Below, piece by piece: positions 51,995-64,000 of a stretch of DNA of 64,000 nucleotides. How positions within the stretch are numbered: the first letter of the stretch is position 1; every line of letters starts with the position of its first letter. A program made the translations under genes and the position numbers. The notes under the pieces are model-generated. The model did not search any database. It was not told the origin of the DNA and worked only from the letters and a program-made list of their open reading frames with translations. Source of the stretch: Octopus sinensis (lineage: Eukaryota); NCBI RefSeq assembly GCF_006345805.1, contig NC_043006.1, forward strand, positions 88,536,001-88,600,000, written 5' to 3'.

Positions 51995-52399
51995 ATGTAA
52001 TATATTTCTCATTGCACTGAATCCCTTTCTTCATGAAACGGATTGTAAATAATGAGTCCTCTATTAGATAAACCCTTCCTCTTTCAGCTCTTGTTGTTTT
52101 ATAATTATTTTATCAACCATGGATATGGATGATATGGATTTTAGAATGCCAAAGCATTTTGTACAATGTTCTAAAGATTTCGTTATTTACTTCCTCAACA
52201 CTACCCACTCCATTTTATAAAATTTTCAAGAACATGAGCTACGCTTCAATTTTTGACAGTAACGCTATACCTACTTATGGATAAAGCCCAAAATGCACAC
52301 ATATAATTGCAAATGTCATTTCACTTGTATATAAATGAAGATGTAATATATTTGCGACACACTGACATACACACACACACGCACTCACATATACATATG

Positions 52400-52509
52400 T
52401 GTACATACATGTATGTATATATATATATATATATATTTTTATACATACATATTCTATACACACATATATATATATCTGTATGTATATATATATATGTATA
52501 TATGTTATA

Positions 52510-52541
<32 letters not shown>

Positions 52542-52641
52542 ACATAAATATATATATATGTCTGTACTATATAATATAAATATATATATATATCCATATG
52601 TATATATATGTATATATATATACATACGTATAAATATATAC

Positions 52642-52739
<98 letters not shown>

Positions 52740-52742
52740 TGT

Positions 52743-52782
<40 letters not shown>
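52400..52782. repeat. Long interrupted (TA)n tract
   Basis: Read directly from the sequence. Confidence 0.9.
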
Positions 52783-52784
<2 letters not shown>

Positions 52785-53142
52785 TGTTATGCTGCTAAGT
52801 GGAATACATTGAAACACTTTTCTTACGGCATGCGTTTATTGCTTAAGGACAAAACAACACAACTTATGCATTTGTATAATTTCAAATGTCATTTTGCTTT
52901 TAGTGCAACTGGACAATGAAGTAATATATTTGTCATCGTTGTTTGTCTTTCTATTCCTTGCAGGCATGATATTGCGCTAAGGGCAGTACATAAGAAAAGC
53001 CTTCTGGTACTACTTTGACTGGTAACAGGATATTCAACAAGGAATTTGCACAGCTGATATAGGAGTATGTGTGTGTATTGATGCGTGTGTCTGTGTGCTT
53101 GGGTCTGTGTTTATGTGTATCTGTATGTATTTATGTACCTAC

Positions 53143-53191
<49 letters not shown>

Positions 53192-53203
53192 GTGTGTGTG
53201 TGT

Positions 53204-53259
<56 letters not shown>

Positions 53260-53509
53260 TGTGTCTGTGTGTGTGTGTCAGTAAACACGCATACACAAGC
53301 ACGCACACATATACATATTATGAAATGGATCAGGAATTGAGTGAATAAGGTGGCGTCGGAGGTTGGTTTAGATGGTGAAAGCATTGATGGCGATGAAGTT
53401 GATAGTGGTGAAGTGGTTGAAGTAAACGCTTCTGTTGTCATGACTCCCAAAACATGAAATGAAACATCGCAAAACTGCGTCACTACGTCACCAGCATCGC
53501 CAACAATAA

Positions 53510-53635
53510 TTGTCATTTCTTCATCCTTACCATTATTCCCATCATTATCGCCGGCACCATAAACACCACCATCATAACCACCATCACAACCACCTTCACC
53601 ACCTCCATCATCATCAACATCATCATCATCATCAA

Positions 53636-53694
<59 letters not shown>

Positions 53695-53695
53695 A

Positions 53696-53758
<63 letters not shown>

Positions 53759-53885
53759 TATCATCACCAATATCACTACCATCATCACAATTGTCCTTAT
53801 TATCATTATCATTATCACCACCACCACCACCACCACCACCACCACCATAATGAACAGCAGCAGCAGCATTAACACATCATCACCA
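53510..53885. repeat. Long (CAT)n/(CAC)n microsatellite
   Basis: Read directly; source of the spurious poly-His and poly-Met ORFs. Confidence 0.9.
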
Positions 53886-54289
53886 TCAACAATACTGTAA
53901 ACTATCACAATACCAAGAAAACTAAATATTCAAGTTATTTTACAGTGGAACTGCGGAAATCTGCAGAAGTAATCAACATATCGTTCATCAATACTTAAGC
54001 GCTGCACCAACTTGAATTGATGTGCTGTTACTGAAGATTTTGTCCTTGGTGTTGCTTGTGCCCCTTTCCAAAGAATGAGGAAAAAACATTGCAAATGTGA
54101 TGTGTGAACTAGCTAAACCAAGATAACAGGATATGACTGCAATGAAAGCTACATTGCATTCGAGCGTTTTGAAAAAATTACCGCCAATCAAGAATCTTTC
54201 TTACCTCAAGAATTATGTCACCCTCAGCACCATATATAGTAACTCACATACTATCAACGAAACTCTTTTCTACTCTAGGCACAAAGCCC

Positions 54290-54470
54290 AAAATTTTGTG
54301 GGGAGGGAACCAGTCGATTAGATCGATCTCAGTACATAACTGGTACTTAATTTATCGAACCTGAAAGGATGAAAGGAAAAGTCGACCTGGGCGGAATTTA
54401 AACTCAGAATGTAAAGACAGACGAAATACTGAGAAACATTTCGCCCGGCGTGCCAACGTTTCTGCCTGTC
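54290..54470 (-). mobile_element. SINE family A
   Basis: Reverse complement of the family A core. Confidence 0.75.
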
Positions 54471-54762
54471 ACCGCCTTATACAAGCACCTATACTGCTAT
54501 TGTACTCATTAGTATGTATATAGAGGCATGTATGCGTATATATATAGATATGTATGTATCTACCTATACCTCCCTCTCTATATATATATATGTGTGTGTT
54601 TGTGTGTGTGTGTGCGCGTGTGTGTGTACATATACATATATAAATGTATATATACAAATACATACATATATATATATATGTGTGTGTGTGTGTGTATACA
54701 TACACAGACACACACTCACCCACACGGATACGCGCGCGCACGCACACATACACATACACACG

Positions 54763-54811
<49 letters not shown>

Positions 54812-56174
54812 TATATATAATATATATATATATATACATATATATACTTGTATGTATTGAATTCATGTAATTCTAAATAACGAATATATATAATACTGTC
54901 TTATAGCATGGGCGCAGTAGCACAGCACAACAGCCAATTACACTGACCCCAGGATATTAATCATATTTAATTTTATTGATCCCTAAAAGATTTGAAGACG
55001 AAGTTCACTATGGCTTGTTTTGATACCACAATACAAAGGAACAAAACTAAACGCTGCAACCGATTTTTCCTAGCTTTCTTCTGATTCAGCGCCGAAGTAT
55101 AATATAATGGATACATTTGATATGATATGATAATTTCAGATAATTTCAGATGAGTGGCGCCTGAAAAATTTTTTTTTTTCAAATATTACACCCTGCAATG
55201 TCAACATCTTTTTAAAAAATCTCCCCCACCACAAATTCTCTAGACTACAAAACCAGTTAATTTATTCATTTCTATCTTCAAATTTATCGATTTTTCTATC
55301 TTTACAGAATTTATTGATTTCATGTCTTCCAAATTTATTGATTTTCTTTAATCCAACTCAACTTGCCCTGTTCTCTATTTTCATATATATATACATATAT
55401 GTATGTATGTATGTATGTTTGTATGTATCTATGTATATATGTGTGACTGGGTGTATGTGCGTTCTTGTGTGTGTTTGTGGGTTTGTTTGTATCTATACAT
55501 GTATATATATATATATACATATATATATATACATATATATATATATACATATGTGTATGTGTGTATACATATAGAGAGAAAATGTGTGAGAGAAGGGGAA
55601 GGAGGGAGAGAGAGAGGAAAATGTGTATGCAAATATAAATAGGCAGATACAACATAGCGCACAAGTTTTAATATAGGAAACTTCTGAAATAAGAATAGAT
55701 ATGAATTAGAGTATAATTACGACGGCGAAGTAGATGATAGTGATGATTTCATTTTATTAGCCCCCGGTGCTCTATGAATACGTAAAATATACGGAGATAT
55801 TAAGCTAGAAGTTTTACAAAATATCTCGTGTGGAGAAGGGACGGAGAAATTAGAAAAAACGGAGAGGAAGGAAGAAATTTATAGAATACATAAATGACGA
55901 ATTGGAATATTTGCAAGTAAAAAAATATAGATAAAAATACCATGCCGTACAGACTAATTAATAACAATATATAATAAAAAGTAATAAAAATGATAAATTA
56001 CAGACTAGCTTGGTCAGAGAAACCCACATCTCTTCTTGCCTATCATTTCATCCCACTGACTTCTTGTGCACTCGAAAGCAGCGTTTAAATGTTTTCTTTC
56101 GTTAATTGGGGTTAAAAAGCTCCAACACCTTCAGAGTAAGTTTGTTTTGGTTGGTTATATATGTCATGCTTTAG

Positions 56175-56590
56175 GTAGCGAGCTGGCAGAAACGTTAGCG
56201 CGCCGGATGAAATGCTTAGATGTATTACGTCTGTCGTTACGTTCTGAGTTCAAATTCCGCCGATGTCGACTTTGCCTTTCATCCTTTCGGGGTCGATTAA
56301 ATAAGTACCAGTTACGCACTGGGGTCGCTAAAATCGACTTAATTCGTTTGTCTGTCCTTGTTTGTCCCCGCTGTGTTTAGCCCCTTGTGGGTAGTAAAGA
56401 CATAGGTATTTCGTCTGTCGTTACGTTCTGAGTTCAAATTCCGCCGAGGTCGACTTTGCCTATCATCCTTTCGGGGTTGATAAATAAAGTACCAGTTTCG
56501 CATTGGGGTCGATGTAATCGACTTAATCCCTTTGTCTGTCCTTGTTTGTTCCCTCTATGTTTAGCCCCTTGTGGGCAATAAAGAAATATA
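56175..56590 (+). mobile_element. SINE family A head-to-tail dimer
   Basis: The unit restarts at GGTATTTCGTCTGTCGTTACG near 56405. Confidence 0.85.
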
Positions 56591-57949
56591 TTTATGTCAT
56601 GTTTTTTCAAACACTCAAGGATGACACGATAAATCGTGAAGCGTTCCAGCTTTTTGTGGCAAAGGCGTGGTTGTGTGATAAGAAGTTTGCTTTCCAGCCA
56701 CATGGTTCCCGTTTCATCCCTATTGCATGGCACTTTGGACAAGTGTCTTCTATTATAGCCCCAGGCCAACCAAAGCTGTGTGAGTAGATCTGGTAGACGG
56801 AAACCGAGACAAGCTCGATGTATATATTTATATACTTGTGTGCCTGTTTGTCTCCCGTCACCGCTTGAGAACCTGTGTTGGTTTGTTTATGTCCCCTACA
56901 ATGTAGAGTTTCAGCTAAAAGAGACCAATAGAATGTATACCAAACTTTAAAAATAAGCAAAACTACTGGGATCTATTTGTTCGACTAAACCCTTAAAGAC
57001 GAAAAACTGAACCCCAGCATGGCTGCAGTCCAATGTTTAAAACAAGTAAATGATGAAATATATTGCTTATATTTCGGACCTAACTGAACCTGTGTTATTT
57101 TTACTTCATCGGAATTTCCATGATACGACAGCTACATGATTTCATCTCTAAGTTATTTGATTTTCGAAAGACACTGAATCTGTTCTTCCGTATCGTCTTC
57201 ATCTTCTTCGTTAATTGTTGTGGTAGGGGGTCATCGTTGTTTTGTAGAACTTATTAATCCAAACAAGTGGATGTATAACAGAAATGAAGTTGAAAATGCA
57301 CTGATAATATATTAGAATTAATTAGAATTTGATTAGATTTTAAAATATGAGAATACACGTGACCGGTTTCACATTAGATTTTGAAAAGAGTCGGTATATG
57401 GAGCGAGCTGTGTACCCTATATGGGGCGAACTGAGTACGATATATGGAGCAAGCTGTGCCGCTGTTATAAAAAAGATTTCCTGTCTCTAAAGAACGAATA
57501 TAGCTCAGAACTCTATCCGTTAACGTACAAATTTATTCTCAACGTTTATATATTAAGCCCATGTGACAGTCGCGTGACAAGGTCACATAAAAGCTTTTCA
57601 CATTGAACATATCAGATGACAATTACAAAAGAGTGATATGAATAAATGATATTTATTTCACCGTGTTTCCTCTCTCATTTTATATTGGAAATAATAATAA
57701 CTGAAATGATTTTAATTAAAAATATAATTGTTTACCTAAAAGTGTTATAGATAATTATTGCTTATTATTCTTCCAAACAGTAGTGTTATCAATTAGTGCT
57801 AATTCACTCTCATTGAACGTGTTAAAACTATATTCCTTCTTTGTTAACAACGTGTGAAGTAAGATAATGAGATGTGGGGTAAATAAGACAGATGATAGCC
57901 GCTACATGAAATTTGATCTTCTTAAAAACAGCACAAGTAGACATTGATA

Positions 57950-60240
57950 ATATATTTCTACAATAATTAATTCATAGGAAGAGGGGAATCGTGTATTACT
58001 GTTGTTTTTATAAACTGCTTTTATAAAACGAATTTCCCATATTTATTTTTGTTTTATTTGTATTATTGTCTGTACATTGATAGTCTGTGAAAAGAAGAAA
58101 TTTAGTCGATTTGGTCTTTTTGCATGTGTCCAGATGTTCGCTAAATGGAATTTGCCTAGTTCTCGGATCTCATATTTATTGACGATGAACTGTTAATCTC
58201 ATTTTTAAAGTGAGTTTTGTTTGTCCAATGAAAGCTTCCCTTCGTCCATTGCATTTGATGGCATGAATTAAATTTCTTGAAGAACAAGTAAAATGGCTTT
58301 TCACAGTAAAAACTTGTTTCGATTTAGATTTATAAGTTCTATCCTCAATAAAGTTGTTACGAGTTCCACAGTTCGATGGGCCACACTTTTCAGCTTTTGG
58401 TAGTTAGTAGTTTCGCGTTGGTATGTATTTTTTTAAGGACTTTGGTTGTCTTTTGCCTTTCACTATTTTGTATAATTCAAGAGTCTTTTTCATTCTCGGG
58501 TCTAGGCCAAATAAATGTAAGTTTTGATGAATAATGCTGAATGTTTCCATGTATCTTGGGTTGTGTGTTGTAATTAAAGATAAGGTTTGGATGTATCTGA
58601 ACTGTTTGATTTTTCGTAAGTCTCCATTATCTATAACTTTCGCACATGGGTAGGTAATTTTTTCAAGCACTGCCTGTTTAAATTGAAGGAGTCTTTTATT
58701 CTGAACTTCTGGATTGGAGACAGTTATATAGATTTTTCTAACTAGTTAAACAGAATATTTGATTTGGTATGTTTTGGGTGGTACGAAGTTATTTGTAGGT
58801 ACTGTTTAGAGTCCGTTGGTTTGTAGTAGAAGTTAATTTCTATGGTCATGTCATTCATAATTAAAATGTTTAAGAAAAGTTTGTTATGGCTAAATTCCGT
58901 TGTGAATTGAACACTACTATCGATATTATAAAGTAAGAATTTGAAATCACTGAGTTCATCTAGACTGTATTTCCAAAGAAGAAGGCCGTTATCTAAGCAA
59001 TCTTTTCCAAGTCTTTGCCAGATTATTTTCGAAATCAATCCCGTACTTTGTTTTTTTGACTTGTTCACATACCTGGACTTCGATGTATACCATGGCTAAG
59101 CTATTGTATGTTGAGGAAACTTTTGTAAGATCGCAGTCCCAGATATTTTTAGTACGTATTTTCTGGAAAATGGCGAAGTTATTTACATTATTTACATTAT
59201 GGCGAAGTTGTTTTGAAGGATAAATTTTAAACTCTCTGCGATGAATTAGAGAATTTTCTAAGGCAAAAAGCTATTGCCTCTATTCTGTACCCTTCCGGGG
59301 TGGTACTAAAGAGATTTACGACACCAAACGAAGTGATTAAAGTATTCCTGTTAACTTTCTCTGGAGATGGTTTAACAGATCTTGGTGATCCCTTATGAAA
59401 ACTCCTTTAAATTTTAAGAGAAGTTTTAACAGTATGTCAAGGAAGTTGCCGATTCTGTGCGTTTCACAGGCTGGACGTGCTACAATTGGTCTTAATATGA
59501 GATCCTTCAGAAAAAAACTTTGTTTATGCCGACTGAATGTGATTTTTTGCAGGCATATTTCATTGTTTTATTTTTCTGGATTTTAGGAGATCCGTAGAAG
59601 AAACTAATTTTAGATATAAAATTTGTTAGATAATAAATTTCTTTCATAGTTAAGCATTTTCCGTGTTGACTTGTAAGTGTGTTAATTTTACACATTGATT
59701 TTACTTGTTGGTTGTTGTTTACTATTTTATAGAAGCATTTTTATATTGTTCCATAGCCGTTATGTCTACAGCACTTCCCTTATCAGATTTGATATCTAAA
59801 TTATAATTGTGTTTTAGATCATTCTTTTCGACATGTGTTAGACTTCAGTTTAGAAAATAGAAGTTCATTGTTAAATGAAGGTCACAAAATTTGTCCAGTG
59901 CTTTTTCTTCTTTTGTTGGATTGTAATAAATTTTGTTTTGCACAATGGAATAATCAGTGTTTTCGTTATCGAAAAAACTGAGATGCTATTTCGTACTTCG
60001 CTGAGTTGAGGTTAGGATACTGTGGTGTCGAGGTCAATTTTAGAACTTTTGAAATAATTTCCATTTGTTCTTTTGAGAAATTTAAATTGGGAAGATTTAT
60101 TATGTCAGGCTTCTTACCACTGTTTTGTTACACCGAGTGTCTTGAAAGCTCTCTTCATTTTTAAGAAATGGTGTGATCTTTTGATTGTATTTTTGAGTCT
60201 GAGATCATATATTCCGTTTCTTTCACGTTTTCTAGAATAA
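57950..60240 (-). mobile_element. Decayed Penelope-like element (RT plus GIY-YIG; same type as 3980-5270)
   Basis: FYYKPTDSKQYLQITSYHPKHTKSNILFN; KKCGPSNCGT; NLIHAIKC..FIGQTKLTLKMRLTVHRQ. Confidence 0.85.
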
Positions 60241-61066
60241 GTATTATAAAAGTATGCCTGAATAAAGGCAGTTCCTATCTAGTATAGTTTCTTCTGTAAT
60301 ACATACACACGTACATACATACATATCTTTGAAAAAAATGAATAGAAATGACTGTTCTGAAAAGTTTTCCATTCTAAAAATTAGATGTTTATAAGTTATT
60401 AAGTGTTCACAAAAGTGACTAACCGCTTTTAAGGGGGAAACTCCTAGCAGGGTCACTTCTGTAAACGCCAAATAACTTATAAACATCTCATCATTAAAGT
60501 GGAAGAATTATCAGAAAAGCCATTTCTATTCATTTTTCAAATATATAATTCTGTTGCAAGGAATTTCTATTTCTTATTCTACTATATATATATATATATA
60601 TATACGTGTGTGTGTGTGTGTGCAGACACATACTGCACATACTCAACTTGCTAGTAGTATTCACGAACACATAAATATAAGTATTATCATTGTCAGAAGA
60701 GTTACGCCTTGTCAATTAACTTAAATCTCCTTCCCGCATATAACCTGGATACACTAGCGTCGGTCTACTAAACCACACAAAAGGGCAGGGTACATAATCG
60801 CTGTTGTTTCTATAGCACACAATCCACTCACGTCGGTCACGTACCCTGGTTATTCTCATATGATGGCTGCAGTGGCTAAAGCGTTCAGATTGCACAGAAT
60901 GATGTATGATCTTGTCTTGTACTTGATATGGTAAATTAATATTCTGCTCAAGATTATCATTTTTTTCTTTTTTTTTCTTCTTGAATCTTTTCTAAGTACT
61001 TGACACGTGTTATTCGTGTTATTGTGTGAAGTTGCATGTTAGTCGGTATACACACACACACACACA

Positions 61067-61131
<65 letters not shown>

Positions 61132-61134
61132 TCA

Positions 61135-64000
61135 AAGAGCAATAAAGATTCAAGTTAATTTTAAAAAATTTACTTGAATATGGTACCTAACTTAGATGCA
61201 CCAAAAAAAACTATACTGATTTAACAATACAGTAATGTGGGGTGATTATAAGCGAGAAAGAAGCAACAAGAATGGATAGGTTTTTAGTACGATCGTTTCA
61301 TACAAGGACAGGTTTTATTAAAAGTTGCAAAGATTACAGCATATAAACGAGTCCCGTACTCATCAGCTAAAATACATGTAAGTTCTCTAGACATCCTAGT
61401 GTTTGAGGCTATACTCATGAAGTAATGTAGATAATTAAACAGATTTCTAAAGTTCATTAAAGTTCTTTAAAGATGATGTACAGTCTTATCACAGAATTTT
61501 AAAAGAGTTTTGATAGCATCACAGAGAAGGTGACCTAATCCATATGAATTTCCATAGATATGATGAGGGATTATATACTCACAGAAGACAAATTTATCCA
61601 TTGTTAATTACAACGAGGTGGGTCTCAATTCCTGCTTATTAGCATTACAGAGAGGGTGAATTAATCCTTTGTATATATGCACAGATTCCAATGGTGTAGA
61701 TGTAAATTTCCAGAGAAATGGAGATGAATTTCATATTCACAGGCGATAAATTTTACAATGGTTGAACACAATGAGGTAGGTATCAATCCTTGTTATATGA
61801 TTAGGTGTTTGCCATATTAATCACATTACTGCTATTCACAAGAGGATGTAGCTATTTAACTCTTAAAGGCTGAAGGGCTTACTAGATCGGCCAAGAATAG
61901 AGAAGGGAATAGAAGAAAAGAGAGAAAATAATGGAGGGGGGAGCAAAAAGGGGAGGGGAAAGGGGGACTAAAAGAGAAGAGAAAAGGAAACAGAGAATAA
62001 GAAGAAGAAAAGAAGAAAGAGAAAGAGAAAGAAATAGGGAAAGAAGGGAAAAAAAGAAAAAGAAAAAAAAGAGGGTTCTAGTTATACAGAAGAGCTAGTA
62101 GACTGTAAGTCTGGTTTTAATCAACAGGCATCTAGGAACTAGAGGGGAATATTATTCTTTGACCAGTAAACCGTTAATTTATTGCTGTTGAAATCAGCTA
62201 TGAGTTTAAAGAGAATCTAAAGAGATAACACAGTCAGGGGTTAAGGGGTCAGATGCTAAAATCACCAGAAAATACATAGGAAAATCTAAGTATAATCTTA
62301 TCAAAAAGTCATTAAAAATTTACTTATTTAATTTATTCATTTTATTGTCTTAAGGAGTTGTCGTTATTATTCATACATTGACTGACTACAGGTCAAATCT
62401 TATAAGATCATTTACAAGGTGTTAGGGGATTGTCTATCATAATGAAGATAATCATATTATCACCGAGGGAATAGCCTTATTTATTTAATTATGAAATAGA
62501 ATTATGGGGCTACAGTAACTAATTATAATTTATTAGAGTTATGCTATTTAAATTAGATTAAGTTAGGAATTAAAATTAAATATTACAATTAAGATTTAAA
62601 ATTAAGAATTAAAAATTGTGAGTTTGAAATTAAATAAAGCCTCAATTAAGTAGCGAATAAGTACTATTCATTTCCCTGTTCTCAAAAAACTGATGCAGAT
62701 ATAAGGAAAAAGATAAAGATAACTGTAATGTGAGAACTCTTAGTTATCTACTTAAAGCATTGCTATACTAGTAGAAATCAAGTTTATATCTATCTATCTA
62801 GTTATGAATATTCCAATCATTTAAAATATTTTAAAGTCTTCAATTTAGCGTGGACACAAACTTGACCTAGTTCGATATGGTTATTCAATAAGTTTTATGT
62901 TACTATGCTTTAGAATTTCGTACGTCTCCATGGAGCATAGTTGACAACCAACCCTACTATTTTTATACGGAATTGCTCTCCTAACTATTTCCCAATTAAG
63001 GGTATAATTTTTGTTATTATTTTTGAGTTCCCAGATTTGTTTGAAAGTGTGGTGGTACCAGCTTTATGACGTAATTTAAAAGTCGAGATGTGATTTCTAA
63101 ACTCTGGAAAAAATTAATTGTACAGCCAATGTAAAAATATTTGTTATTCTCCGTGGATATGGTACATTTATAGATTACATTATTTTCCCTACATAGACCA
63201 GGTGCCGGGCATTTTGATTTTATTCTACACTTACACACAGGAGGAACAACTTCAGGCCTTGGATTATTCCTGGGTAGATGTTTAAGGTTCCTATTATTTT
63301 GATTATCATTTCTATAGTTGGTGCTGATATCTAAAGTATTGTTATTATTTATTGATCCTTCCGTTTCATCATTTAGGTGTAAAGTCCTACCAAGATTTCT
63401 TATATTATTCGTAATGTTATTATTATTGTTAGTCTTTTTATCCAGCTGTATATTATTGTTATAGATATCACTGATATTTTCATTCTCCTTATTTTCTCCA
63501 TTAGCCTTATTTCTATTATTTCTATTATTAACAATATTACTTCTATTAATATCGGCATTGTTATTATTACTATTAATGTTAATGTTATTAGTCATTCTGT
63601 GGTTACTATTTCACCTATGTTTTGATAGTTCCTATTGCTGTTTTTATTGTTGGTAGTATTATTGTTATTGCTATTGGTATTCATTCTGATATTATTATTT
63701 TTATTTCTATCTTCCTGGCTAGTTTAATGTTGTTATTATAATTTTAGCTATTAAAGTGGACATATTTGGGAGGGTTGAATAAGAAATCCTAACTGTTTTC
63801 CTAGAAATAATTCTATGATATCTATGAGAGATAGGGAAATTCTTTTCCAGAATCACTTTGAATTTGTTCTGTATATCCGATTGTATCGCACAGTTGAAAG
63901 GAATATTCAGCCATAATATATCTTTTTTATAAAATTTAGGGTTCGTAGAATTACTACTATTCATCTCACCGGAGTTATTGTATTTATTACCATTATTTTA
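61135..64000 (-). mobile_element. Penelope-like element 3' portion (thumb/linker, Asn-rich insert, GIY-YIG, long 3' region with hammerhead)
   Basis: KKDILWLNIPFN..KNFPISHRYHRIISRKTVRISYSTLPNM; CKCRIKSKCPAPGLCRENNVIYKCTI..FYIGCT; ends at (TA)n near 61130. Confidence 0.85.
61282..61372 (-). ncRNA. Type I hammerhead ribozyme, canonical core
   Basis: Stem I TTTTAG/CTAAAA; CTGATGA (61366-61360); stem II GTACGGGAC/GTCCTTGTAT; GAAA (61299-61296); palindrome ACGATCGT; GTA (61290-61288). Confidence 0.88.

Noticed and set aside
53340-53516. Ser/Thr-rich frame resembling a mucin exon
   Set aside because: No usable donor; adjacent to and compositionally like the degenerate (CAT)n tract
57385-57465. Three short ATATGGAGC-like direct repeats
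   Set aside because: Too short and irregular for CRISPR in eukaryotic DNA; probably subterminal repeats of a DNA transposon

Overview
AT-rich, microsatellite-saturated animal DNA, most likely an Octopus genome (inference from tRNA-headed SINE families resembling the octopus OK/OR retroposons and the (TA)n/(CA)n density). No host gene can be named. Most of the window is transposable elements: R4/Dong LINEs (one with an unbroken 710-codon frame that the ORF track misses), an apparently complete RTE LINE split into two intact halves of opposite orientation, CR1- and RTE-type 3' fragments, at least five Penelope-like elements (PLEs), mariner/Tc1/hAT/Helitron-like DNA elements, a Gypsy integrase remnant and many SINEs. 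The most notable hidden layer is RNA structure. About a dozen type I hammerhead-ribozyme motifs are present (5 with an intact core, 2 U4C variants, about 5 decayed), in PLE pseudo-LTRs and in small non-coding elements of 170-250 bp sitting in (TA)n tracts. There are also several fold-back palindromes and a speculative minus-strand exon chain containing one in-frame TGA. SINE and decayed-element boundaries are approximate.
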